Source: Patescibacteria group bacterium (lineage in GTDB: Bacteria > Patescibacteriota > Patescibacteriia > JAHJFT01). From it: a stretch of DNA of 64,000 nucleotides. The notes beneath the pieces were generated by a model. The model saw nothing but the letters and a program-made list of their open reading frames with translations, was not told the origin of the DNA and made no database searches. Location: contig JAQTTB010000001.1 of the NCBI GenBank assembly GCA_028710985.1, positions 295,397-359,396 of the forward strand, in the 5' to 3' direction. Positions 18,284 through 27,339 of this stretch are shown here, piece by piece. A program made the position numbers and the translations under genes. How positions within the stretch are numbered: the stretch's first letter is position 1; every line of letters begins with the position of its first letter.

Positions 18284-19207
18284 ATGACTAAAGAAGAAAA
18301 AATTTTTGGTTTCTTGATTGTTTTTTGTATTACCCTGTTATTCACCGGGTGTATTCAGGCTATGTCCTCCACAAACTACATCATCAACTGGGATTCCTTA
18401 AACATTGGCGGCACGGACTTCAGTTCTTCAACCAACTACTTCATGAGTGACACCCTTGGCGAGATGTCAACCGGCCGCAGTTCAAGTACCAACTACTGGA
18501 TTTACGCCGGTTATCGTCAAGGCGTTACGGACATCCGATTTATCAGCTTTGACATTGGCGCCCAGGCAAACGCTTCGAAAATTGATTATTCGGCTTTCAG
18601 CAATGCGGGTAAGCAAGTGACGGTTTCGAGTGCGGTTGGCTATTCGGTGGGGGATTATATCGTGGCCGTGGAAAATGCCGGAGCAAGCCAGATGATTGCC
18701 ATCGGTAAAATTTCCAGCATTCTGGGAAACAGCCTCACGGTTGATAAGTGGGACGGCGATAATGCGGCCATGAGCGCGGTTCCAGCAGGAGGCAACGATT
18801 GGGTGTATGAATTATCCGGGAATACCGTAGATCTCGGGACACTGCTCACTGCCACGGTGGGTGTCGGCGTGAGCTTCAACGAAGTTAGTACCAACGCGGA
18901 CAATGGGTACACGGTTTCGGTAAAAGATGACGGAAATTTGCGGGACGGATTAAAAGACATTGACGACGTGATTGACGGCGCAGTCACGGCCGGCATTGAA
19001 GAATATGGCATTGAAACAGTTGGGACAAACGCGTCCGGCACCAATGATTTCGCTTTAGAATCTGCATTGGGCCAGTCGATACAAGTATCGACCGCTCCCT
19101 GGAACAGAGACCGCATCGGTGTAATTTATAAAGCCGGAATAAATTATGCGACGCAGGGCGGATCATATTCACACATTGTTTCGTATTATGTGACAGCAAA
19201 TTTTTAG
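18284..19207 (+). CDS. secreted beta-rich protein with WxL-like C-terminus
   Basis: signal peptide; repeated SSTNY; VSTNADNGYTV; ends GSYSHIVSYYVTANF. Confidence 0.65.
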   Translation: MTKEEKIFGFLIVFCITLLFTGCIQAMSSTNYIINWDSLNIGGTDFSSSTNYFMSDTLGEMSTGRSSSTNYWIYAGYRQGVTDIRFISFDIGAQANASKIDYSAFSNAGKQVTVSSAVGYSVGDYIVAVENAGASQMIAIGKISSILGNSLTVDKWDGDNAAMSAVPAGGNDWVYELSGNTVDLGTLLTATVGVGVSFNEVSTNADNGYTVSVKDDGNLRDGLKDIDDVIDGAVTAGIEEYGIETVGTNASGTNDFALESALGQSIQVSTAPWNRDRIGVIYKAGINYATQGGSYSHIVSYYVTANF

Positions 19208-19485
19208 TAAGCAGGGGATTGATGATTGTCCATTTCGTGGACAGTGATTAGTTCCTTCAAAAGGTCGATAGTTTCATGCGATTTTAACTTGGCTTCCTAC
19301 CTTCAAGAACTTGTCTTTGAAGGTTTAGAGCTAAGGTTTTACGCCTGAGACAAAATTTTAAAAACTAAAAATTACTTGAGAGGACGAAATTTATTTCGCG
19401 TTCTTATCCGACTCCTTTCCGCCTGTGCGGCGGCAAAGGGGAAGACAAGAAACGGATAAGGCTCTTCTCAGGGGAAGGAGAAATT

Positions 19486-20532
19486 ATGAACAACTTAATT
19501 AAATTCCTGGTGTTCGTCATGGTATTCACCATGAGTCTTGGATTGTTTACGCCGGTTTACGCGGCCAATGTGGCGTTAAATCTCGGCGTGGATAGCAAGG
19601 TTGATATCTTTGACAGCACATACCCTATTGAAAACCAGTCGTCTGCCGAATTAGCGCTTTCAACGGCCGCGGATCTTTATTTTCAGTACGTAGCGGCAGG
19701 CAACTTTGCAGTAGGTCAGACGATTAGCATCGTGGCAACTACGCCATTGGTTATCGCGTCTTGCGTCGCACCAACAACCGATGCTGACCAGGACGGAACT
19801 CCGGATGGCACCGGTGCAGTTTCCGGAGACAACTATACCTACACCTTCTATGCCCCCACTACTCAAGCCGCCGCTTCAATCACCCTGTGCATCAATGTCG
19901 ATAACAGTATCGCAACTGCTGGCAATTATTCGTTCATCATGGCTGACGACCTCGGTGATTTCGGCGGAGCATTCCTGTACATCGGTACACCTGGGGGAGC
20001 GGCCAACGATGTTTATGTAACCGCGACAGTTACGAGCCAGGAACTTGAGTTCTGGATCCGGAATGCGGCGGATACAGCGGACACCAACGCTTGCGCTCTG
20101 GGAACGCTTAATACCACGTCGGTATCAACGTGCAACTATGCACTAAAGGTTCGCACCACGGCCACAATTGGATATACCATTTCCTGGACCTCGGACGGCG
20201 AACTTGACCGAAGTGGTACTGCGACCATTGATGCAATCGCCATGAACACGGCGGTTGCGGTCGGTGTTGAAGGTTATGGCGTAACGTTCACCCCGGGCGC
20301 TAACACCGACGGCGGTACTTGTACGGCGCAAAATATCTGGACAGCTGCCTACGATGACCCGGTTTCCACCACGGCGCAGAGTCTGGTGGTCTGCAACAAG
20401 GCCAACTTGCCAGCCGCAACCGGCGCAACGACATATATTCACAACATGGATCACCAGGCGGCAATTGATCCGGCTACTCCAGCGGGTAGTTATGATCAGA
20501 TTGTTACCTATTACGTGACCGCGCAATTCTAG
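19486..20532 (+). CDS. secreted beta-rich protein with WxL-like C-terminus (paralog of the previous gene)
   Basis: signal peptide (VYA|A); strong SD; ends AGSYDQIVTYYVTAQF. Confidence 0.65.
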   Translation: MNNLIKFLVFVMVFTMSLGLFTPVYAANVALNLGVDSKVDIFDSTYPIENQSSAELALSTAADLYFQYVAAGNFAVGQTISIVATTPLVIASCVAPTTDADQDGTPDGTGAVSGDNYTYTFYAPTTQAAASITLCINVDNSIATAGNYSFIMADDLGDFGGAFLYIGTPGGAANDVYVTATVTSQELEFWIRNAADTADTNACALGTLNTTSVSTCNYALKVRTTATIGYTISWTSDGELDRSGTATIDAIAMNTAVAVGVEGYGVTFTPGANTDGGTCTAQNIWTAAYDDPVSTTAQSLVVCNKANLPAATGATTYIHNMDHQAAIDPATPAGSYDQIVTYYVTAQF

Positions 20533-20548
20533 GGTTATTGGTGCTCCA

Positions 20549-20573
20549 GGGCCTCGAAAAAATTTCGGGGCCC
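20549..20573 (+). terminator. hairpin after the second WxL-like gene
   Basis: gggcctcgaaa-aaa-tttcggggccc. Confidence 0.45.
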
Positions 20574-20612
20574 AACCAGCGCCATTAATCGACTAAAAAT
20601 TAATCAAAGAAT

Positions 20613-21569
20613 ATGAAGAAAATGTTTATTATGGGGTGTATTGCCTTGCTCATGGCCATGACTCTCGCGTCCGGGGCGCAGGCAATCGGCATCTTGCCGT
20701 TCATTGTGGAGGATGTGAACATCGCACCCGGCGAAATGGCCACTCGGACTTTCACTGTATACAACAATACCGAGAGCGAGCAGACGTATTATTTCGTGAC
20801 GCGAAATTTTACCACCCGGGGTGAGGAGGGAGAGGTCGTGATTACCGAAGAAAAATTCGGTCTTGCCACTTGGATTGAGTTTCCCTTCACTTCGATAACC
20901 ATTCCATCCAGCGAAAACCGGGAGATTGAATTTACCATCATAATTCCGCCGAATGCCGACGCCGGTGGCCATTTCGCCGCAGTGTTTGCTTCCACCAATC
21001 CGCCGGATGTGGAACAAGGAGTTGGCCTCTCTGCCAATGTCGGTACTCTGGTGTTCGTGCGCGTGTCCGGCGACATCATTGATGACGTGCGTTTGTTGAG
21101 TTTCCATACCAAGGGGGACCAGGCGCTGTTTAGTCACCTGCCGGTTAATTTTGAATACCGCATAGAAAATCGCGGAACGGTTCATGCCAAGCCAACCGGA
21201 AGAATTATGATGAGCGGCTGGTTGGGTAAAACCGACATTGACGCCAATCCCAAGGAAAATCGCATTCTGCCGTCATCCATCCGTCGCATTGAAGCGACCT
21301 GGGTAAAAGATTCAGGAGCAATCCGATCCGGAGGCTTTCTGACTGAACTCAAAAACGAATGGAACAATTTCGCCATTGGAAAATATACAGCCGCGCTAGA
21401 TTTGTCTTATGGCGTCGAAGGAAAAAATTTGACTACCGAGACGGCTTTCTGGGTATTTCCATGGCATGTTTGCTTAGCGGCTTTGCTAATTCTGATCGGG
21501 ACAATTGTTGCCATCATTCTCTATAACAAGATGGTTATCGCAACCGCCCGCAAAAGCGGCAAACTCTAG
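20613..21569 (+). CDS. DUF916/DUF3324-like (WxL-interacting) membrane-anchored protein
   Basis: signal peptide; IAPGE, LATWI, IPPNADAGGHFAAV, ENRGTVH.KP.G, IGKYTA; C-terminal TM with basic tail. Confidence 0.7.
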   Translation: MKKMFIMGCIALLMAMTLASGAQAIGILPFIVEDVNIAPGEMATRTFTVYNNTESEQTYYFVTRNFTTRGEEGEVVITEEKFGLATWIEFPFTSITIPSSENREIEFTIIIPPNADAGGHFAAVFASTNPPDVEQGVGLSANVGTLVFVRVSGDIIDDVRLLSFHTKGDQALFSHLPVNFEYRIENRGTVHAKPTGRIMMSGWLGKTDIDANPKENRILPSSIRRIEATWVKDSGAIRSGGFLTELKNEWNNFAIGKYTAALDLSYGVEGKNLTTETAFWVFPWHVCLAALLILIGTIVAIILYNKMVIATARKSGKL

Positions 21570-21582
21570 TTTGACATCGAGT

Positions 21583-23898
21583 ATGGGAAAATGCATTTAT
21601 AAAATAATTTTCATCGCGGTTTTGGTAGGAACCATTCTAGCAAACTCTTTTACATTTGCTGCGGATATGACGCACGTCTCGGTGTCCTTGTCTGCCCAGA
21701 TGATTGGCGAAGCGGCCAATACCACGATTCGTTTTCGTACGCCAACCGGCGTGGACAGTTCAACCGATACGATTGTCATTGCCTGGCCGGCGGAATTTAA
21801 TGTCGCGGGTATTGTTCTTACGGATATGGATTTATCACATGGCGCGGTCTCGGGCTATGAAACCGATCTTACCCTGGCGGCCGTTGCCGGCGCCGGCATC
21901 TGGGGCGCTTCGTGGGTCGGGCATACTCTGACCTTGGCTGCGCCGACCGACGCTGCGGCCGGCGAAATCGGAGTCAACGATTACGTGGTGCTCGAGGTCG
22001 GTACGCACGCATCATTCGGCGGTGCCGGTGCCAACCAGGTGGTGAATGCGGCGACTGCCGGAAGTTATAATTACACCATTAGCGGCACGTTTGGCGATAC
22101 TAAAAATCCGGCTGTCTACGTTGCGGATAACAACACGGTTGCCATCACCGGCACTGTGCTTGGCGATATTGAAACAATTTGCGACAACGGACTTGACGAT
22201 GACGGTGACACATTAATTGACTGCTATGATCCGGACTGCGCCGGCAATTCTTATTGCGTGCCGCCCGGCGGCGGCGGTGATACCACCCCGCCGGCTATCA
22301 CCAATGTAAACTGCATGGATATTACCCCAACCTCGTTTTCCGTGGTCTGGGAAACCAACGAAGCCGCAACCTCCTGCTCCGAATACGGGGAAACTTCGTT
22401 TTACGAACTCGGCATGCTCTGCAATATGTCGCTCGTCTGGTCGCATTCCGTGCCGTTTGTTGGTTTGGCCCAGCTTACGAATTACCATTTCCGTGTGATT
22501 TCCCGCGACGAATATTTCAACACCTCAATTAGCGATGATTATTCCTGCGCCACTTTGGGCGACACCGAAGCGCCGGTTATCAGCAATATCCGCGTGATAA
22601 ATATCACGGCCACGAGCGCGGAAGTTGTTTGGGACACCAATGAGCCAGCCACGTCGCAGGTTGATTACGGTCTGACCGATGTCTATGGTACGGAAACACC
22701 GACAGATTTCGCCTATGTTACCGAGCATCACGTTATTCTCACGGGTTTGACCCCGAACACGGATTATCATTTTCTGGTTCGCAGTTATGATATCGCGGGG
22801 AATGGCGCGGTTTCCGGTGACAATATTTTTCACACGCTCACGAGCGTGGATTCGCCGATTATTACCGATGTGCAGATTGTTGACATCACGGAAACTTCGG
22901 CACGGGTTATTTGGCAGACCAACGAGATTGCCGATTCCGAAGTTGATTACGGCACGACCCTAAGCTACGAGGTCGGCACCGTGGTTGACGGCGCGTTTGT
23001 GGTTGATCATTCAATTGACCTGAACAACCTTTTACCGAACACGCTTTATCATATCCGCGTACACAGCACCGATCCGGAATCCAATGAATCGGTTACTGGC
23101 GACTACACCTTTACCACTCTGCCGGATACCACCCCGCCGGCTAATGTGACAGACTTCACGGCAACAGTAACCGGACCGCTGGAGATTACTCTGACCTGGA
23201 TCAATCCGACCGACGCGGACTTCGCCGGCGTGCGCATTTGCCGCAGTACGGTCGCGTACCCGACCGATCCGTTGACCTGCGATATTATTTTTGAAGGCGC
23301 GGGCACGAGTTTTATTGACACCGACGTGGAGGCAGGCGTGACGTACTATTACACCAACTTTGCTTTTGACACATCCAATAATTTCGCTTCCGGCGCAATC
23401 GCTTCGGCCCGGGTTCCGTTGCCGGTTACTGTGACTTTTCTTGGGCATCCGGAAAAGCGCTGGCCGCGGACCGGCAACTGGAGCACGACTATTGAAATGG
23501 AGCTTCGCGAACCCGGTTCCCTGGCCTCGCTTGAAACAATTTTATTTGACACCAATTCGCTTGGCTATGGCACCTCTACCATGAATCTGTTGGAATACGG
23601 AGAAGCGTACGACTTTACGGCAAAGGGTTTTTCTCACCTGCGGAAAAAAATGAGTTCCGCGACCATCACCGAAACCAGCACTATGCTGGACTTCACTTTT
23701 GGAAACATCTTTAACCTCTATGCCGGTGACTGCCATCCGTCAAAAGACAATTTTGTAAATTCGTTAGACATTTCCACTTTAATTAATGACCTAATGGCTT
23801 CGGAACGGGTTAGCGATCTGAATAATGATAGCCAGGTGAATTCGCTTGATATTACTATTCAGATGGCCAATCTTATGAAGGACCTGGGGGATGATTAG
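21583..23898 (+). CDS. secreted protein with Fn3-like repeats and C-terminal dockerin-like domain
   Basis: three W.TNE.A.S.V.YG...H.V.L.GL.PNT.YHF.V.S repeats; duplicated Ca-loop DNFVNSLDIS / DLNNDSQVNSLDIT. Confidence 0.75.
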   Translation: MGKCIYKIIFIAVLVGTILANSFTFAADMTHVSVSLSAQMIGEAANTTIRFRTPTGVDSSTDTIVIAWPAEFNVAGIVLTDMDLSHGAVSGYETDLTLAAVAGAGIWGASWVGHTLTLAAPTDAAAGEIGVNDYVVLEVGTHASFGGAGANQVVNAATAGSYNYTISGTFGDTKNPAVYVADNNTVAITGTVLGDIETICDNGLDDDGDTLIDCYDPDCAGNSYCVPPGGGGDTTPPAITNVNCMDITPTSFSVVWETNEAATSCSEYGETSFYELGMLCNMSLVWSHSVPFVGLAQLTNYHFRVISRDEYFNTSISDDYSCATLGDTEAPVISNIRVINITATSAEVVWDTNEPATSQVDYGLTDVYGTETPTDFAYVTEHHVILTGLTPNTDYHFLVRSYDIAGNGAVSGDNIFHTLTSVDSPIITDVQIVDITETSARVIWQTNEIADSEVDYGTTLSYEVGTVVDGAFVVDHSIDLNNLLPNTLYHIRVHSTDPESNESVTGDYTFTTLPDTTPPANVTDFTATVTGPLEITLTWINPTDADFAGVRICRSTVAYPTDPLTCDIIFEGAGTSFIDTDVEAGVTYYYTNFAFDTSNNFASGAIASARVPLPVTVTFLGHPEKRWPRTGNWSTTIEMELREPGSLASLETILFDTNSLGYGTSTMNLLEYGEAYDFTAKGFSHLRKKMSSATITETSTMLDFTFGNIFNLYAGDCHPSKDNFVNSLDISTLINDLMASERVSDLNNDSQVNSLDITIQMANLMKDLGDD

Positions 23899-23941
23899 GG
23901 GGCGGAGGCTTGGAGAGGAAGGAATTACTGCTTGGGGGCGA

Positions 23942-24368
23942 AGAATCTAGTATCTAGTATCTAGAATCTAGAAGATCAAAAACGAAAATACTTATATATG
24001 CAGACGAAATCATTTAGAGATTTGATTGTTTGGCAGAAGTCGCGCGATTTGGGGGTTGAGATATACAAGTTGACAAAGAGTATGCCCAAAGAGGAACTCT
24101 ACGGCATGGTGAGTCAGATGAGAAGGGCGGCGATCTCCATATCGTCCAATATCGCCGAAGGATATAATCGCGCGCATCCGATAGAGAAGAGGCAGTTTAT
24201 GCGCATCGCCTATGGTTCAGGATCGGAATTAGAAAGCCAGATCGAAGTCGCAAAGATTATATATCCAAAGTTAAGTTATAAGTTATCAGAAAGTTTATTA
24301 CTCGAAGTACTAAAGATCCTAAATAAATTTATCAACCGATAAAAGACTAGATTCTAGATTCTAGATTC
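23942..24368 (+). mobile_element. four-helix-bundle cassette B (TCTAGAA heptamer arms)
   Basis: left agaatctagtatctagtatctagaatctag; right ctagattctagattctagattc. Confidence 0.75.
23998..24342 (+). CDS. four helix bundle protein (23S rRNA IVS protein / Avd-like)
   Basis: SFRDLIVWQKS...IYKLT..MPKEELYGMVSQMRRAAISISSNIAEG...IAYGSGSELESQ. Confidence 0.93.
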   Translation: MQTKSFRDLIVWQKSRDLGVEIYKLTKSMPKEELYGMVSQMRRAAISISSNIAEGYNRAHPIEKRQFMRIAYGSGSELESQIEVAKIIYPKLSYKLSESLLLEVLKILNKFINR

Positions 24369-24373
24369 ACCGT

Positions 24374-27112
24374 ATGAAATACGCACGCACAACAATAATA
24401 CTGCTTGCCATAATGGCAGGGCTCGCAATTGCCACGGCCGTCCACGCCGCGCGATTTGAATTATCGCCTGCGAGTGCGGCCCTGAATCAGGGTTGCGACT
24501 CGGTGGTGAACATCGTGCTTAGTACCGAAGGAAGCGAATCCGATGCCGCTAATGTCATTATCCAATACAATCCGGCTGAAGTGGAAATTACGGACACAAA
24601 CCCGGCCATTCCGGGAATCCAGATTGGCCAGGGCAATGCCTATGATATATACGCCGATAATATTGTCGATCCGGCAATCGGCCAGATTCGGTTGACCGGA
24701 TTTTCCATCGGCCATGCCTACAACAGCGGCTTATTGTACGGAGTCTTTGGTTCGATTCCATTCAAGAGCCGGCCCGGGATTGCGGCAGCCACTTTCACAA
24801 TTTTTTATGAGGCTGGGAGCACGCTTGATTCAAATATTGCTGAATACATCACAAGCGACGATCTTCTCACCGGCGTGCGAAACGGATCTTATACATTCGC
24901 GGTTGGCGAGTGCGTGAGCGATGTAACACCGCCCTGGGTTACGAATCCTCAGCCCGCGCCTGGTTCAACCGGCGTGCCGCTTTCAAGCAACACTACTTTT
25001 CACATTCTGGATAACATGTCCGGAGTTGACCTCTCGTCGCTCCGCATCAATGTCCAGGGAATTGAATATAATTATGACGGCGTCAACCGTTTCAGCTATT
25101 CTGGCACGGCGCTCGATTACGCAATCACGATTGATCCGATTGCCGATTTTCCGGACGGCGTTATGGTGCGCGTCGAAGTAAACGGCCGCGATCTTGACGG
25201 CAACACCATGTCACCTTATCGCTGGTATTTTAACGAACCGCCGATTCCGCCGCCGGTCCCGCCAACCTGTACCGAGCTCGGTTGCCCGGAACCTGATGAA
25301 TGTGCTCCGCCGGAAGAACTTCCGGCGTGTGAAGAACCCGAGGTTTTGCCCATCCCCGAACCCACTGTGCCGCCCGGAGAGCAGATAAGTATTGATGCCA
25401 TTGAATTCTTGGCTGCGAACCGCACGGTTCGTTTGTATCCCGACGGAGTCAATGCCGTGCGCGTACTTGTGGGTACTTCGTACAGCGTGCAAATCAGCCA
25501 TGAAAATCTCGCCAAAGAAGTGGGCTCAATCTGGTGGTATTCGGGTGCGTCAACATATCAACTCGCGCAAAGTGCGGCGGGTGATTTCTGGACCGACATC
25601 GGCGCCTATGCTTCAATCACCGCGGTTCCTTCACACATCATTATAAATTACGCAGATGGCACCATTGATGTGCGCGACTTTACGGTGCGGACCGTGCCGC
25701 GAGGCAATGTGTACGAACAAATCGGCGAAAATGAATCCATGGTTTCCGGCGCCAGGGTGACGATTTATCAAGCCGGCACCACGCCTGGAATCTGGAATGC
25801 CGGAACCTACAATCAGATAAATCCGGTATGGACTTCAAATGACGGCCAGTTCGGCTTTTATGTGCCGCAGGGCTATTACTACATTGAGGTGCAAAAGCCG
25901 GGATATGATCTGGCGCGGTCGCTCTCGTTCTATGCGCGCAGTTCCATTGTTAATAATCCCATGCTTCTTACGAAAATTCCCGGACCGGTTACTCCGATTG
26001 ACGCGATTACACAGACCGCAGTACTGGTCGGCGAAACCGTGGCCGATATGGCCGCGCGGACACAGTCCGCGATTGTCGCCGCCATTCCGGCAACTCAGGA
26101 ACAGATTGATTCAGCCGTCGGTATTATCGCGCCCGCCGCCATCGGCCTCGCATTCCTGAATCTCGGTACCGCGATTTCATTCGCTAATCTGATTCCGTTC
26201 TTGTGGGGGCTCTTTACCCAACCGCTGCTCTTGCTCGGCCGGGGCAAAAGAAAAAGATGGGGAGTGGTTTACAATTCACTCACCAAGATACCGATTGATC
26301 TCGCTATCGTCCGCCTGATTGAAGCCCGGACCGGAAAAATAATTCGCACTCGCATCACCGACCGTGAGGGCCGATATTTCTTCATGGCCAAACTGGGAAT
26401 TTACCGCATTGAAGTAAAAAAGCCGGGTTTTCTGTTTCCCACGATAAATTTACGCGATGCCAAGGAGGATTTTCAGTATCTGGATGTTTATCACGGTGAG
26501 ATTATTCAGGTTCGCGAAGAAAGTCGCCAAATTACGGCTAATATTCCGCTTGATCCGATCGCCGGCGCCGAGAAATCAAAATGGCTTATTGTTCGTTCAT
26601 ACTTAAAGAAGGCGCAACAGTACGCGGCTTCACTTTCGGTTATGGTGGCCATCGGACTCTTGGTCGTCAACCCCTCATGGTTTATGCTCGGGTATCTTAT
26701 TCTGCAAATCGCTCTTCTTCTGCTTTTCCGTCGCCTGGCTCAGCCTGCCAAGCCAAAGGGCTGGGGCATAGTTTACGACAAAAAAACCCGCCGGCCGATT
26801 GCCAATGCCATTGTGCGTATCTTTGACCTTGAATTCAGCCGTCTTTTGGAAACCCAGGTCACGGACGGACAGGGCAAGTATTCATTCCTGGTCGGCAGTA
26901 ATCGGTATTTCACCACCTACGAAAAGCCCGGTTTCGTGGTAAAGAAATTAGCGCCAATTGATTATTCAAAAATGAAAGAAAGAACCATGGTGGCTTATGA
27001 TGTGGGGCTGGAGCGGGCCAAGGACATTGCGGCATCAGAGCAGAAAAATGCGGCCAGTGGGTCAGTGCAAGTCGGAGGCGGAGAAGAGTGGAAGAACGAG
27101 AATAGAATCTAG
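24374..27112 (+). CDS. membrane-anchored surface protein: N-terminal cohesin-like domain, Ig-like and carboxypeptidase-regulatory-like domains
   Basis: signal peptide; FELSPAS...VNIVLST...DAANVIIQYNPAEVEI; Pro/Cys linker; TDREGRYFF and TDGQGKYSF; TM segments. Confidence 0.7.
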   Translation: MKYARTTIILLAIMAGLAIATAVHAARFELSPASAALNQGCDSVVNIVLSTEGSESDAANVIIQYNPAEVEITDTNPAIPGIQIGQGNAYDIYADNIVDPAIGQIRLTGFSIGHAYNSGLLYGVFGSIPFKSRPGIAAATFTIFYEAGSTLDSNIAEYITSDDLLTGVRNGSYTFAVGECVSDVTPPWVTNPQPAPGSTGVPLSSNTTFHILDNMSGVDLSSLRINVQGIEYNYDGVNRFSYSGTALDYAITIDPIADFPDGVMVRVEVNGRDLDGNTMSPYRWYFNEPPIPPPVPPTCTELGCPEPDECAPPEELPACEEPEVLPIPEPTVPPGEQISIDAIEFLAANRTVRLYPDGVNAVRVLVGTSYSVQISHENLAKEVGSIWWYSGASTYQLAQSAAGDFWTDIGAYASITAVPSHIIINYADGTIDVRDFTVRTVPRGNVYEQIGENESMVSGARVTIYQAGTTPGIWNAGTYNQINPVWTSNDGQFGFYVPQGYYYIEVQKPGYDLARSLSFYARSSIVNNPMLLTKIPGPVTPIDAITQTAVLVGETVADMAARTQSAIVAAIPATQEQIDSAVGIIAPAAIGLAFLNLGTAISFANLIPFLWGLFTQPLLLLGRGKRKRWGVVYNSLTKIPIDLAIVRLIEARTGKIIRTRITDREGRYFFMAKLGIYRIEVKKPGFLFPTINLRDAKEDFQYLDVYHGEIIQVREESRQITANIPLDPIAGAEKSKWLIVRSYLKKAQQYAASLSVMVAIGLLVVNPSWFMLGYLILQIALLLLFRRLAQPAKPKGWGIVYDKKTRRPIANAIVRIFDLEFSRLLETQVTDGQGKYSFLVGSNRYFTTYEKPGFVVKKLAPIDYSKMKERTMVAYDVGLERAKDIAASEQKNAASGSVQVGGGEEWKNENRI

Positions 27113-27271
27113 AATCTAGTATCTAGAATCTAGGCGTTAAAAGTTTATCAATCTATAAAAAGACTAGATTCTAGATTCTAGCTTCTAGATTCTCCGTAAA
27201 GACTAGATTCTAGATTCTAGCTCCTAGATTCTCCGAAAAGACTAGATTCTAGCTTCTAGATTCTAGATTCT
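27103..27271. repeat. empty TCTAGAA cassette with right arm amplified as three ~39-bp units
   Basis: left arm 27103-27133; units starting gactagattctag at 27162, 27201 and 27240. Confidence 0.85.
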
Positions 27272-27339
27272 ATCTTTTCCGCTCTCGGACTGAAGTCAGT
27301 GCTCTTGCGCAAAATGAGCCCTAACCTGAGTCCGAAAGT

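Noticed and set aside
27162-27271. Three ~39-bp direct repeats suggesting a CRISPR array
   Set aside because: The units are contiguous microsatellite arms with no unique spacers and no cas genes.
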